Source: a virus
Lineage: Duplodnaviria > Caudoviricetes
IMG/VR virus record: IMGVR_UViG_3300041402_000369
Coordinates: 1-45,902 of that record
Length of the DNA stretch: 45,902 bases
Strand: one strand, 5' to 3'
Shown: positions 28,544-37,910 of the stretch, piece after piece
Position numbering within the stretch: position 1 is the stretch's first letter
Layout: every line of letters begins with the position of its first letter
Made by a program: the position numbers and the translations under genes
Notes under the pieces: generated by a model
The model's database searches: none
What the model was told of the DNA's origin: nothing
What the model saw: the letters and a program-made list of their open reading frames with translations, nothing else

Positions 28544-29095
28544 TTATGGCCACTCCATTGGCGGCAATTCGCTGATAATTATCTCAAGAGTTGGCTCTGG
28601 CCTTTTGCCTGCTAAAAAATCATCTTGAATTTGAAACACGAGAGGCCAGATTGATGCTTTCCATTTACCAAACGCCTCGGCTTCGGCCCTAAACGGATTG
28701 TCATACCCGGCATAAGCCAGACAAGCCTCAGTTGGCGACATGTGCACAGTGCCATATTTTTTGGTTTTCGCTACATCATCAATAAACTGGTCAAGGCCAT
28801 CTTCGATTGCTTGAACTTTTTCGGTAAAAATATCTTCTGGATCTTTATCAACAACCAGATATGTCCATGTGGTGTCAGAAATTACAACCTTGCCTTGATT
28901 CTGTGTGGTGTGGTCAATAACCGGCGCAACATATAAAACCCATCCTGCTAAAATATATTGTTCATGTGTTGGGTTGATTACAGGCCCATCAATGCCGGGA
29001 ACATTAAGCCATTTATTCGAATCGGCCCGGCGTTCTTCGACAATTTCTGTTCTGTCCGCGCTTGGTAATCCGCATTTGTTCATATCATGCCCCAT
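28544..29095 (-). CDS. tail-associated protein
   Basis: D.VA....Y......YAGYDNPFRAEA.AF..W...PT......ELP...WP motif. Confidence 0.55.
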   Translation of the reverse strand: MGHDMNKCGLPSADRTEIVEERRADSNKWLNVPGIDGPVINPTHEQYILAGWVLYVAPVIDHTTQNQGKVVISDTTWTYLVVDKDPEDIFTEKVQAIEDGLDQFIDDVAKTKKYGTVHMSPTEACLAYAGYDNPFRAEAEAFGKWKASIWPLVFQIQDDFLAGKRPEPTLEIIISELPPMEWP

Positions 29096-29891
29096 ACTTA
29101 TCAGCGTAAAAAGATTCGACTCCAGCTCTCTCAGTAGGTGTCAGTAACTTATCAAAAATACATATCTCTGCTGCATCGGCATCCAGATCAAGGCCAGCCC
29201 CCAAGACATATCGGCCGATTAGTAAGCCAAAACTACTACTCCCCACACCCGCCGGAGCGTTTAAGGTTTCAGCACTGCCTACACTTGCCCCGTTTACTAT
29301 TATCTCTCCATCATCCCCAGCCCGGTTGTATCCATAGATAGCGGTCATTATCTGAACAGCTTGTGTGGTAATGCCACCTTCTGCAATGAGAGAAACAACC
29401 GCATTACCAGCAGACCCTCTGAAAATCCCTAAGAAAGCAGCATCGTCTAAGGGCGCACCGGTATCACGATAATAAAGGGAATAGCCACGACTAGACGAAC
29501 TAATACCGGCTGAATCTAAAATAGCTTGGTTATTACCCGGATGTTCGAGTCTTATTTTGAATACGACAAAAACAGTTGATTCTGCGGGTGAGAGGAATAA
29601 GAAATCCCATGTAGCTACCGCTTCCGCCGTTGTAAAAAATCCTGTGCTTCCATCGAATCTTACTACAGCCTCCCCGTTGAATTCGTTAGTCTCAAACGTA
29701 ACGCCACCAGTTGGATTAAAGGTGTGACCATTGCCGCTTGAGTCAGGCCACGCTGTATTGATAGTGTCACCATCATTAAAGCCTGTTATATTCCCGGCGA
29801 TAAGTTGGCAGAAGGGACTAAGGGTTGCCGGGTCTATGCCGCCGCCGCCGCCAGCACCGGCAGCCGCTAATAATGCAGTATTGTGGCCCAT
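29085..29891 (-). CDS. LamG/concanavalin-like virion protein
   Basis: W.DSSGNG, FDG, AEI.IFD..L...ER..VE.....KYG. Confidence 0.7.
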   Translation of the reverse strand: MGHNTALLAAAGAGGGGGIDPATLSPFCQLIAGNITGFNDGDTINTAWPDSSGNGHTFNPTGGVTFETNEFNGEAVVRFDGSTGFFTTAEAVATWDFLFLSPAESTVFVVFKIRLEHPGNNQAILDSAGISSSSRGYSLYYRDTGAPLDDAAFLGIFRGSAGNAVVSLIAEGGITTQAVQIMTAIYGYNRAGDDGEIIVNGASVGSAETLNAPAGVGSSSFGLLIGRYVLGAGLDLDADAAEICIFDKLLTPTERAGVESFYADKYGA

Positions 29892-30514
29892 TACCCCATA
29901 TCCCCCGGCAGGTTATAAAATTCTATCTCACCACTTGGGCCTTCATGCCCCTCTACTGCAAGACGATCTTTGCCACCACCAGAGGTAAATGATAGTCCGG
30001 CACTACCGGGAGTAACCGAACCGGCAGGCATTGTTACAGTAACGCCATCCCAGTCAATAGCATAGATAGTTATGCTCCATTCTAGGCCGCTTGCCGGGAT
30101 TCCAATTATCACCAAGGTAAAAGATGACCCGCTTGGCGTTATCGTGTAGCTGTACCCAAGCGATTGATCTATAGTGACAGTATCGCCGGTTCCCGGTGTA
30201 AAGTCTATATGCTTTGTCTGTAAATTTAATACCGTAATCAGCAGCCCTGCGATTGTGCTTTGAATATTGCTAATTTTCAGAAACACAGACAGCACAGAAT
30301 CAATTATCTGCTGCCATGTTGATTTTTTATTTGTGAATGAGTCGGCAGAATCACCGGTAATTGTCAGGTCTGCGGCAACCACCACGGCTTTTAAATCAAG
30401 GGTATCTAGGGACGATATTGTCCCAGCTGGCCCCCTCCCGCTAAAACGAAACCAGTTAAATGTTTTCTCAATACGGGTAAGGTTGCTATCTTTTGACAGT
30501 CTGACTATTTTCAT
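29891..30514 (-). CDS. putative virion accessory protein
   Basis: beta-rich, Gly/Thr-rich ORF in the tail operon. Confidence 0.5.
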   Translation of the reverse strand: MKIVRLSKDSNLTRIEKTFNWFRFSGRGPAGTISSLDTLDLKAVVVAADLTITGDSADSFTNKKSTWQQIIDSVLSVFLKISNIQSTIAGLLITVLNLQTKHIDFTPGTGDTVTIDQSLGYSYTITPSGSSFTLVIIGIPASGLEWSITIYAIDWDGVTVTMPAGSVTPGSAGLSFTSGGGKDRLAVEGHEGPSGEIEFYNLPGDMG

Positions 30515-30885
30515 TTTGTCGGGTCCGTTATGTTTCCTGGGATAGTGATTTTACCTGTGAAATTCTTAGCAGATTTACCGTCTGAAAATTCCTGGAACTG
30601 ATCCCATCTGGCCTCCGAAACCGTGAGTTCATTAATTACATCCTGATCCATGAAGCGATCATAAACCCAGATTAATTCGCCAAGCACTGTGGCCTGATAA
30701 ATCGTAAATTCAAATTCAGCCAACAGCGGTTCGCCGGGTGCAATTCTCACCTCTGCCCGGAAAGTGTCGCCAGAAATATCGGTAGGGTTGCCGTTGTCAT
30801 CTTCTATGAATTCAGTCTCAAGATAATCAGCACCCTTCTCAAGCACTTCATTTGATTCTACGGCTGATCCTGTATCGTTCGACAT
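30511..30885 (-). CDS. putative Ig-like fibre/baseplate adaptor
   Basis: GAD......D..G.P.DISG..F...VR...GKITI...IT pattern. Confidence 0.55.
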   Translation of the reverse strand: MSNDTGSAVESNEVLEKGADYLETEFIEDDNGNPTDISGDTFRAEVRIAPGEPLLAEFEFTIYQATVLGELIWVYDRFMDQDVINELTVSEARWDQFQEFSDGKSAKNFTGKITIPGNITDPTK

Positions 30886-30893
30886 ATTAACCT

Positions 30894-32453
30894 CTAATTT
30901 TGACCGAGTAACTGGGTGTTAAATCCGACCGGCCCCGTTGATTCTGCCGTTGTTCCGGCTGGGCCGTTTACATTTATTTCCCCACCAACATTTACATTGA
31001 CCTGTTGCGCTCTGGCGGCGGCTTCTTTTGCGTTGGGTGCTTCAACGTCAAGACCGGTGCCAAATTCATCGGTTGATTCAAGGCCGACACCAGCACTGCG
31101 GGCTTTTAGGGTTTCCCCGATAAATCCAATTGACGTGCCAATGGCTGTACCAATACCAGTTAACATGTTAAAAGCAAAACCAGCCACCTTGCCGATAATA
31201 ACCAGAGCGTCAATAATTATTGTCAAACCATCAACCATAGGCTTAACGTCAAAACCCCTGATTGCTTCGGTGAGGGAGTCAATGCCTTTTTTCCCATTAA
31301 CTTCAAAGGCGTTTAATATTTTAAAACCAGCCTCAGTTGCAGACGAACCAAGGGTTTTTAGCTTGGCGTCAATGCTTGTTCGCATAATTTCAGCAGTTAA
31401 TTCTGAGGTCTTACCAGCCCCTTTCAGCATCTTTTCAAAATCGCGCAATTCAGAAATGCTATCAGCGAGATTAGTCGCCCCGGCAATCGCCCGTTTCCCG
31501 AAAAGCTCATTGAATATTTTGGCGGTTTGAAGAGTTCCGAGTCCCTTGGTCGCAGCACCAACATCGGCGATAATATCGGTAAACTTCCGCATGTTGCCGG
31601 TGCCGTCGTCAATCTCAACATTGATATCCTTGAGCATTTTAACCGTCTTGGGGGTCGCAGCTGACAGGCGCAAGAATGAGTTTTTAAGGGCTGTCCCTGC
31701 TTCAGTTCCCTTGATACCTGAACTACCGAGTAACGCCGTGAGTGCTGCCACCTCTTCAAGTTCGATACCAAGAATACGGCCAATCGGGGCGGCTGTTTTC
31801 ATTGTGTCAAACATTGATTCGATAGTGACGTTTGCTGAGTTGGCAGATTTTACCAGAACATCATTGAGGCGGTTAAGATTGGCAATTTTCTGGGACGTAT
31901 CTTTGACATTAAGGCCAAACGCGCCAAGTAAATCGGATGATATGTCTGCTACCCTTGCGAAATCTTCCCCGCTGGCCGTGGCCAAGTCAATCATTGATTT
32001 GAGGCTACCCATTGCCTCGGTTGATGTGAAACCGGCACGGGCAAGGAAATCAAGGGCTTCGGCAGATTGCGCCGCCGTGAACTCAGTTGTAGCGCCCATA
32101 TCACGGGCGGACTTCTCAACTAATTTAAGTTGATCGTTGAAATTGGCCGCAGCCGGGCCGATATCCTTAAACCGGACAGTGGCACCGAGAGCGGCCTTGT
32201 CGAATGCGATAAATTGAGTGACTACAGAACCGACGCCTTGAGAAACAAGGGCGAGTCCACGGCTGATGCCAAGACCGGCGACAACGCCTTTTGTGACTGA
32301 ACTGAAACGAGAAGCACCACGGCTGGCTTTACGGAAACTTTTATCGGCACTGCGACCAAAACGGGCGGCGGCTCTCTCCATAAGAGAAAACCGCTTTGTT
32401 ACCCCGTCTTTCGCGGTAAATTTGGTGCCGACTTTTTTGTCACCGATTGCCAT
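30894..32453 (-). CDS. tape measure protein (TP901 family)
   Basis: ARDMGATTEFTA.Q.AEAL.FLA.AG, G.KG..AGT.L. Confidence 0.92.
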   Translation of the reverse strand: MAIGDKKVGTKFTAKDGVTKRFSLMERAAARFGRSADKSFRKASRGASRFSSVTKGVVAGLGISRGLALVSQGVGSVVTQFIAFDKAALGATVRFKDIGPAAANFNDQLKLVEKSARDMGATTEFTAAQSAEALDFLARAGFTSTEAMGSLKSMIDLATASGEDFARVADISSDLLGAFGLNVKDTSQKIANLNRLNDVLVKSANSANVTIESMFDTMKTAAPIGRILGIELEEVAALTALLGSSGIKGTEAGTALKNSFLRLSAATPKTVKMLKDINVEIDDGTGNMRKFTDIIADVGAATKGLGTLQTAKIFNELFGKRAIAGATNLADSISELRDFEKMLKGAGKTSELTAEIMRTSIDAKLKTLGSSATEAGFKILNAFEVNGKKGIDSLTEAIRGFDVKPMVDGLTIIIDALVIIGKVAGFAFNMLTGIGTAIGTSIGFIGETLKARSAGVGLESTDEFGTGLDVEAPNAKEAAARAQQVNVNVGGEINVNGPAGTTAESTGPVGFNTQLLGQN

Positions 32454-32631
32454 TTTTCGCCCGCGCTCCGTTTAACTCATTAACAACCGTTCTTTGTTTG
32501 ATAAAGTACCAATCGGCCCAGTATTTTAACTCTGGGAAATCCATTGACTTTATTTCGCTCGGCATAATCCCATCATCACGGCAAGCGGCCATGAGGTAGT
32601 CAACTTTAGGGATTATACCATTCCGAAAATC
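32440..32631 (-). CDS. -1-frame extension of the tail assembly chaperone (gpE+E'/GT-like)
   Basis: -1 frame reads ...YLMAACRDDGIMPSEIKSMDFPELKYW..., filling the gap to the TMP. Confidence 0.7.
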   Translation of the reverse strand, partial: DFRNGIIPKVDYLMAACRDDGIMPSEIKSMDFPELKYWADWYFIKQRTVVNELNGARAKNGNR

Positions 32632-33050
32632 GTGCTGACCCTCCTCATTACCGTAAGATCGGCACCATCAAGGGCAGTCAGGTCTTTGATCTCAACCCCT
32701 GACATCGTGGCCATGAATTGCATGGTCCGGGTCTGATCGTCTCCACCACCTTTTTCCATCGCAATCCTTGACAGCGTGATTTTCTGCCCAACATAAGAAA
32801 TATCCTTAATATTCCCGACCGGATGCACGAGATGTTGGGTCACGGTTGCCGTGCCATCGACATTGATTTCAAGCTCGGCCCGCATGATGGCCCGGACAAG
32901 GGTGTTGACAAATGTTTGTGCGGCGGCCTCACCCTGATCGGTTTCGATGTCGGAGAAGTCAAGGCCATAAAAATCAAGCCATGAGTTAATCTGAGCCTTT
33001 GCGGACTCCTTTGAAATCTTGCGTTTTTTCGGTTCTGCTTGGGTGGTCAT
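32613..33050 (-). CDS. tail assembly chaperone
   Basis: between tube and TMP; C-terminal L..LDGADL. Confidence 0.75.
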   Translation of the reverse strand: MTTQAEPKKRKISKESAKAQINSWLDFYGLDFSDIETDQGEAAAQTFVNTLVRAIMRAELEINVDGTATVTQHLVHPVGNIKDISYVGQKITLSRIAMEKGGGDDQTRTMQFMATMSGVEIKDLTALDGADLTVMRRVSTIFGMV

Positions 33051-33058
33051 TTCATTAT

Positions 33059-33132
33059 CTCCCTGTGGGGGTTTTAAAAATAGCGGGCTTCGTCTGCATC
33101 ATCCCCACAGGAATTAGCAGACAGCCACCCGC
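33059..33132 (-). promoter_or_regulatory. hairpin/pseudoknot overlapping the chaperone RBS
   Basis: GCGGGT/GCCCGC and TGTCTGC/GCAGACG stems; loop CCTGTGGGG complementary to the downstream CCCCACAGG(GAG). Confidence 0.65.
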
Positions 33133-33208
33133 CAAACTTTGGTTAAAGAGAGCTACCCTTTCCAAGAGCAACTGCAAAACTTAAAGCCTTTTTCATAACA
33201 TCCTCCTT

Positions 33209-33583
33209 TTAACTGGCCGCGAAAATATCCCAAACGCCAGTGCTGGTTAAAAATTCAACCTCGGCGAAACTGTCCTGTGTAGAATACGGACCGAGATTGA
33301 CCTCTCCAACAGTTTTAAAGCTGGAACCGTCTGCCATTTCATAACTCAGGGGAATATCGCCAGACGCTTCCGCCTGCGCCCTGAGAACATCGTATTCAGA
33401 CGGGGTCAAAGTAAATTTTACCGCCTCGGCGTGACCGGATTCAATGGTCCGCTTCTGCATGTTCCCGCCTGAATGGGGGATTGATTCTTTCGTAATCCTG
33501 GGATTCAGGCTGATATCAGCATCGCCGGTTACAACGTAAGGGACACCGTTAACCTTGGCTCCTCGTGGGCTACCTGCACTCAT
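33209..33583 (-). CDS. tail tube protein
   Basis: 124 aa directly after the sheath. Confidence 0.75.
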   Translation of the reverse strand: MSAGSPRGAKVNGVPYVVTGDADISLNPRITKESIPHSGGNMQKRTIESGHAEAVKFTLTPSEYDVLRAQAEASGDIPLSYEMADGSSFKTVGEVNLGPYSTQDSFAEVEFLTSTGVWDIFAAS

Positions 33584-33594
33584 AGTGTGCCTCC

Positions 33595-35151
33595 TTAATT
33601 ATTGAGAACGGCGAACGATATATCAAATTCCACAACGGAGTCGATAATATTGCCGATACCCGAATAAAGAACCGGGATTTTGATATTAAACCCATCGCTA
33701 TTAGTACGGATTGTTACCAGAGATGAATCAGATTTCAGCCTGTCAATGGTGAAGCTGGCATTATATAGCCACCCTATGCCAGCCCATTGATTGACCAGCA
33801 GGATGATGTCGTCAAGGACGCTATTAACGTCCCTTGCTCTTGCCTTAGCTGTTACATTTGTCACCTTGGCAACATCTTGAACGATATCAAAATCCTGCCA
33901 TTTCTCACGGGTGAAAAATGCTTTCTGGCTTGCGAGAATATTCTGAGTCACCGAAATATTACGCATTTCACGGTAGCCATTACTTGAAACAGGAACCGAG
34001 GCGGGGCGGTAATAACTGACCACGTTTTGAAGCTGAACATTGCCAGCGACGACTCTGGTCGGTGAAACCCCGGCGCGGACGGCGGTGTCTCTGTCGTCAT
34101 AATCAGAAGTCCAGCGGTTGGCAGTTGCTCCGGGCTGCACTCCTATTAACGTAATGCCGTTATATGATGCGGTGGCGGCTACATTGTTTTTCCGCGCCAT
34201 ATGTCCCATTGCCTGCGCGGCAATCTCTGACGGGGCAGACTGTGAATCAGGTACAGAAACAACGCCTTGAGAACGGTCATCAAGGCGGGCATCAGATATT
34301 ACAATCTGTGCGGCAAGACCGGCGGCTTCGGCTACGGTATCGCCTTCGACAAATCTGATTGGCCTCGCTACTGTTTTTTGATACAGACCGGTAAAATCGT
34401 TACCAGATCCGACATACGCCTCAATGGCATCAAGTACAGCCGCCACCTGCCCGTATCCATGCGAACCATCAGTAAAACCCGCCTCGTTGGCATCGTCGCC
34501 AGTTCCGAGTCCGTCAAGTGCGTCACCTATATCCGGGGTGCCTGCGCCGCCGGTCATGGCGGTAATTGCAGCGGTTATACCTGTTGGGGTCGTATCGGTT
34601 GACAGCAGATCAAGGCTGACGTCGTAAAAATCACCCTCAAGACCCTTGGTTTTCGCTTCCAGTTCCACCTCAAAAGTAACGGCGGTCTTAGCTGCAATTA
34701 CTGGTGTGTCCAGATCGGCATTGATGGCAGCCACAACAGCGTCGGCAATTTCCTCAACAGTCATGGCAGCGGTTATCGTTACAGGGATGCGGTCGCCAGC
34801 GATGTAAACCGCCAACGTACCGGCAAGCACTCCGGTAGATCCGGTGAAGTCAATCTCACCAGCAGATTCGGTCCCGGTTTCAGTTTGGGGTTGAATCCAT
34901 GTTTCAATGCCCTGCGCCCCTAGTGCAGATTTAAGGTGTAATCTGTGGACCGGGGTGCCGAAGCCGAACACACTACCTGTGTTGGCAGGGCTGGTTGACA
35001 ATACTGGTACTTCGTCAACCACGGCTGTCTTGGCCGCGTCATAAACGCCGATAATTAAAATTTTACGCGGCAGAACCTCGGCAACCGGCGAAAACGTGAC
35101 GTTATTAACGCCCGAACCGACACCAGAGGCAAGTCCTGGAAAAGTTGTCAT
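33595..35151 (-). CDS. contractile tail sheath (Mu gpL-like)
   Basis: KILIIG, FG.G, GTLAVYIAG, AMTGGAGTPDI..AL, GVSP. Confidence 0.9.
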   Translation of the reverse strand: MTTFPGLASGVGSGVNNVTFSPVAEVLPRKILIIGVYDAAKTAVVDEVPVLSTSPANTGSVFGFGTPVHRLHLKSALGAQGIETWIQPQTETGTESAGEIDFTGSTGVLAGTLAVYIAGDRIPVTITAAMTVEEIADAVVAAINADLDTPVIAAKTAVTFEVELEAKTKGLEGDFYDVSLDLLSTDTTPTGITAAITAMTGGAGTPDIGDALDGLGTGDDANEAGFTDGSHGYGQVAAVLDAIEAYVGSGNDFTGLYQKTVARPIRFVEGDTVAEAAGLAAQIVISDARLDDRSQGVVSVPDSQSAPSEIAAQAMGHMARKNNVAATASYNGITLIGVQPGATANRWTSDYDDRDTAVRAGVSPTRVVAGNVQLQNVVSYYRPASVPVSSNGYREMRNISVTQNILASQKAFFTREKWQDFDIVQDVAKVTNVTAKARARDVNSVLDDIILLVNQWAGIGWLYNASFTIDRLKSDSSLVTIRTNSDGFNIKIPVLYSGIGNIIDSVVEFDISFAVLNN

Positions 35152-35172
35152 ACTATCCTCCTCATCCGGCTA

Positions 35173-35823
35173 TCATGCCGGGTCTTGTCCGGTTAAGGAA
35201 CCGGTGTTATTACTTCCATTTTCGTTAACGTCGTCAGTGATGTCAAAAGCTGGTTGCGTGGCTGCCGTCCCGGTGTCACCCGGAACTTGCTCGGTCAACT
35301 GGCAACTAAAACGGACTGAGCCGGTCAGTTCAACAAATTCGCCTTGAGGTACGGGATTATCCTTGCTGAACCCTTCAATCCACCGATCTTTTACGACAAA
35401 AGGCGGGCCTTCCGATCCTACATCAATGTTGCGACCATCCATGAGAATCTGGTAAACGATCTCAAAAAGTTCATCAAGCGAATCGTCGGCCAGTTTTGAG
35501 CTACTTTTAAAACATTTGAGCGCGGCGGCTCGTTGCGCTTCGGTGGCATCGGCATCATTTAAAACAGCCAGATTTACCTCTGTTGCCGCCGAAACCCCCA
35601 ACTCAATGCGGTATGTTGCTTCGTGCTGGGTCGGGCCGGTTAGACCAGCCTTGCCTTTCGGGAAATCGCCTTCACCATAAAAAACCTGAACACGGCGCTT
35701 GCCACCTAAAATCTCGGTTGAGTCAATAACCTGGACTTGATGGTCAACGACACGAAATCGACCCTTGGCGGCATTGCCAAGAATCCTCACCAAGTCCTGT
35801 TTTGTCTTCCGAAATTGCATCAT
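35173..35823 (-). CDS. putative tail terminator/neck protein
   Basis: synteny just upstream of the sheath. Confidence 0.5.
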   Translation of the reverse strand: MMQFRKTKQDLVRILGNAAKGRFRVVDHQVQVIDSTEILGGKRRVQVFYGEGDFPKGKAGLTGPTQHEATYRIELGVSAATEVNLAVLNDADATEAQRAAALKCFKSSSKLADDSLDELFEIVYQILMDGRNIDVGSEGPPFVVKDRWIEGFSKDNPVPQGEFVELTGSVRFSCQLTEQVPGDTGTAATQPAFDITDDVNENGSNNTGSLTGQDPA

Positions 35824-35850
35824 GCTAAGCGCCTTTCTCTCCGGATTGCA

Positions 35851-36249
35851 TCACGACTGGACCGCCTTTTTCAGATACAATTTAATGAAGCCAATCGACG
35901 CCCCGCCTTCCGGTGGCTGATCGGTGTCAATTAAGAAATCAACCTTTTCAGCGGTAAGGCTTGGCGTTATCGGTATTCTGACGTGCCAAGTTTCACCGGC
36001 CAGCGGTATCCTGACAAGACTGGAACGCCGGAGCGAGACAATGGGGTTATTGACCACCATCTGCCCCAGCGTTGCCGGATCTACGCGAACCTGATCGTAT
36101 AAGATTTGGCCCATGAGAAGGTCGGTGCTGCCCGTTTTCGTCGTATATATGACTCCATCAGGGTCAGTTAATTCGACCGGTAACCCAAAATCGCCCTCAA
36201 GCGTTGTGGCTAAATCAGATTCGGCTTGTTCGCGCAGATTTACCATCAA
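35851..36249 (-). CDS. putative head-tail joining protein (gpFII-like)
   Basis: size and position after the capsid genes. Confidence 0.5.
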   Translation of the reverse strand: MMVNLREQAESDLATTLEGDFGLPVELTDPDGVIYTTKTGSTDLLMGQILYDQVRVDPATLGQMVVNNPIVSLRRSSLVRIPLAGETWHVRIPITPSLTAEKVDFLIDTDQPPEGGASIGFIKLYLKKAVQS

Positions 36250-36379
36250 CCAGCCTTTTTAGCTGGCGTCTTGGTCTTGGCTGGCAGATACTTATCCGGG
36301 CAAATATCGTGGGGAATCTGGCCGGACCAACATTTGCCGCCGACATAAACCTTGATGCCTTTCGGCAATTTTACAAGGG

Positions 36380-36685
36380 TCATTTTTTACCGTCCTTCTT
36401 TTCGGTTTTCTTGGCAGACTTAGCCTCATCCTTGAGCCGTTCAACTTCAGAATTAAGCTCGACAATCAGCACGTCCTTGGCCTGGATGGTGTTTTTATGG
36501 CTGACACACTCAGCGCATTCAACATCGACCGGCGCAATCTTCACACCGATACGACCATCTTTTTCCATTTTCTTCAGGTCGGCAGGGTCAAGCTTATCGA
36601 CGGGCAGGGGCATTTCTGCCCCGTACTCCTTCCCGTCGATCATAATGACGCCAACACCGAGCCAAAATTTACTATCCTTAGCCAC
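36380..36685 (-). CDS. hypothetical head-region protein
   Basis: AAGGAGG SD, coiled coil, Lys-rich tail; followed by a 45-aa ORF at 36246-36383. Confidence 0.55.
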   Translation of the reverse strand: MAKDSKFWLGVGVIMIDGKEYGAEMPLPVDKLDPADLKKMEKDGRIGVKIAPVDVECAECVSHKNTIQAKDVLIVELNSEVERLKDEAKSAKKTEKKDGKK

Positions 36686-36696
36686 GGTTAGCCTCC

Positions 36697-37896
36697 TTAG
36701 ATGATTGTATCAATCAGACCGAAAGCGTCTGTATGAGTGGTTGCGAAGATCGGGGCCGACTGGGTGAAGATGGTAACTTTCTTTCGGTCGGTTTTCTCTG
36801 CGTCGCAGTAGAACATATTCGGGTCAATAACCCCGCCAGCAGACCTAACAAGCGGCATTGGCGGCGCGTCCTGATTGAATCCGAAATACTCAGCATAGAA
36901 AGCACGGGAAACGCTATCAATCGGCAGATTCTCAGGCGGGCCAAAGTAACGATCACAGCGGGCCTTGCTTGAACCGATCAGGACTTTATCGTCGGCGAGA
37001 TACTTGGTAAAGGTACCGGACGAGTTGTCATAGCCATCGGTCATTGTGAAAATCCAGAGAGTGAAGCCCTTCGGGGTTTTAATGCGTCCGCGAGGGATCA
37101 TGCCGCCTTCCACGAAGCGATTAAACTCTGGAGGCACTGGATTATTCGTAGTGACATCAATCAACTCAAACCGGCGATTGTCTGCAAGGGTCTGCACTGC
37201 GGTATTCTTGATAAAATTATCAATCGCAGTGTCGCCCATGACACACATATTAGGGGTAATCCGACCGTTTGCGCGGATTTTCTTACACATCGCGTCGAGA
37301 TCACCAAGTGCATCGGCGGTAATGGTAGACCAAGAAGTGCCGACGGTTACGGTATGGGTGCTATTTCTGCGGAAATCATACTGTAAGTCTGTGTTGCTGG
37401 TCCCGATTATAGCGTCCTGCTTGCCGGTAGTGACCGACTGCCATGCCAGAACCTCGAACATGCGGACGGTGCGCCGGATGGACTCAAGGTGAATATTCAG
37501 GGCATGATACCGCATACGGTTAAAGCGGGTCATAGTGGCGAATGCCTGCTCACCGGGGATTCGATTAAGAATCATATCTCCGGTAATGTTCCCTGACTCC
37601 TCAGAGAGCGGGTACTTGCGAGAAAAGGCGGTCATTTTGCCGTTCTGCATATCGCTCTGTTTGTCGCCGAGGGTGCGGGAAATTGCGCCACGGGGGATTA
37701 GGGCGGCAATTTTTTCATTACCGCGAACAATGTCGATATCAACGACATTCGCATCAGGCGAGAAAATAGTGCGTCCGCCTGCTGCTGGGTTTCCAAAAAA
37801 AGCCTGTCCGGCAGTAGTTACGGCGATCATCTCTCTATCGTCGAACTGTTTTGCCATGAAGCGGGTGAAGCCATCTTGGGCTGCTGGGGTGGTCAT
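36697..37896 (-). CDS. major capsid protein (lambda gpE family)
   Basis: VDIDI.RG...IA, R..E..A.Q....GK, YDF.R...H, QSAP; synteny. Confidence 0.88.
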   Translation of the reverse strand: MTTPAAQDGFTRFMAKQFDDREMIAVTTAGQAFFGNPAAGGRTIFSPDANVVDIDIVRGNEKIAALIPRGAISRTLGDKQSDMQNGKMTAFSRKYPLSEESGNITGDMILNRIPGEQAFATMTRFNRMRYHALNIHLESIRRTVRMFEVLAWQSVTTGKQDAIIGTSNTDLQYDFRRNSTHTVTVGTSWSTITADALGDLDAMCKKIRANGRITPNMCVMGDTAIDNFIKNTAVQTLADNRRFELIDVTTNNPVPPEFNRFVEGGMIPRGRIKTPKGFTLWIFTMTDGYDNSSGTFTKYLADDKVLIGSSKARCDRYFGPPENLPIDSVSRAFYAEYFGFNQDAPPMPLVRSAGGVIDPNMFYCDAEKTDRKKVTIFTQSAPIFATTHTDAFGLIDTII

Positions 37897-37910
37897 GTCT
37901 GAATCCCTCC

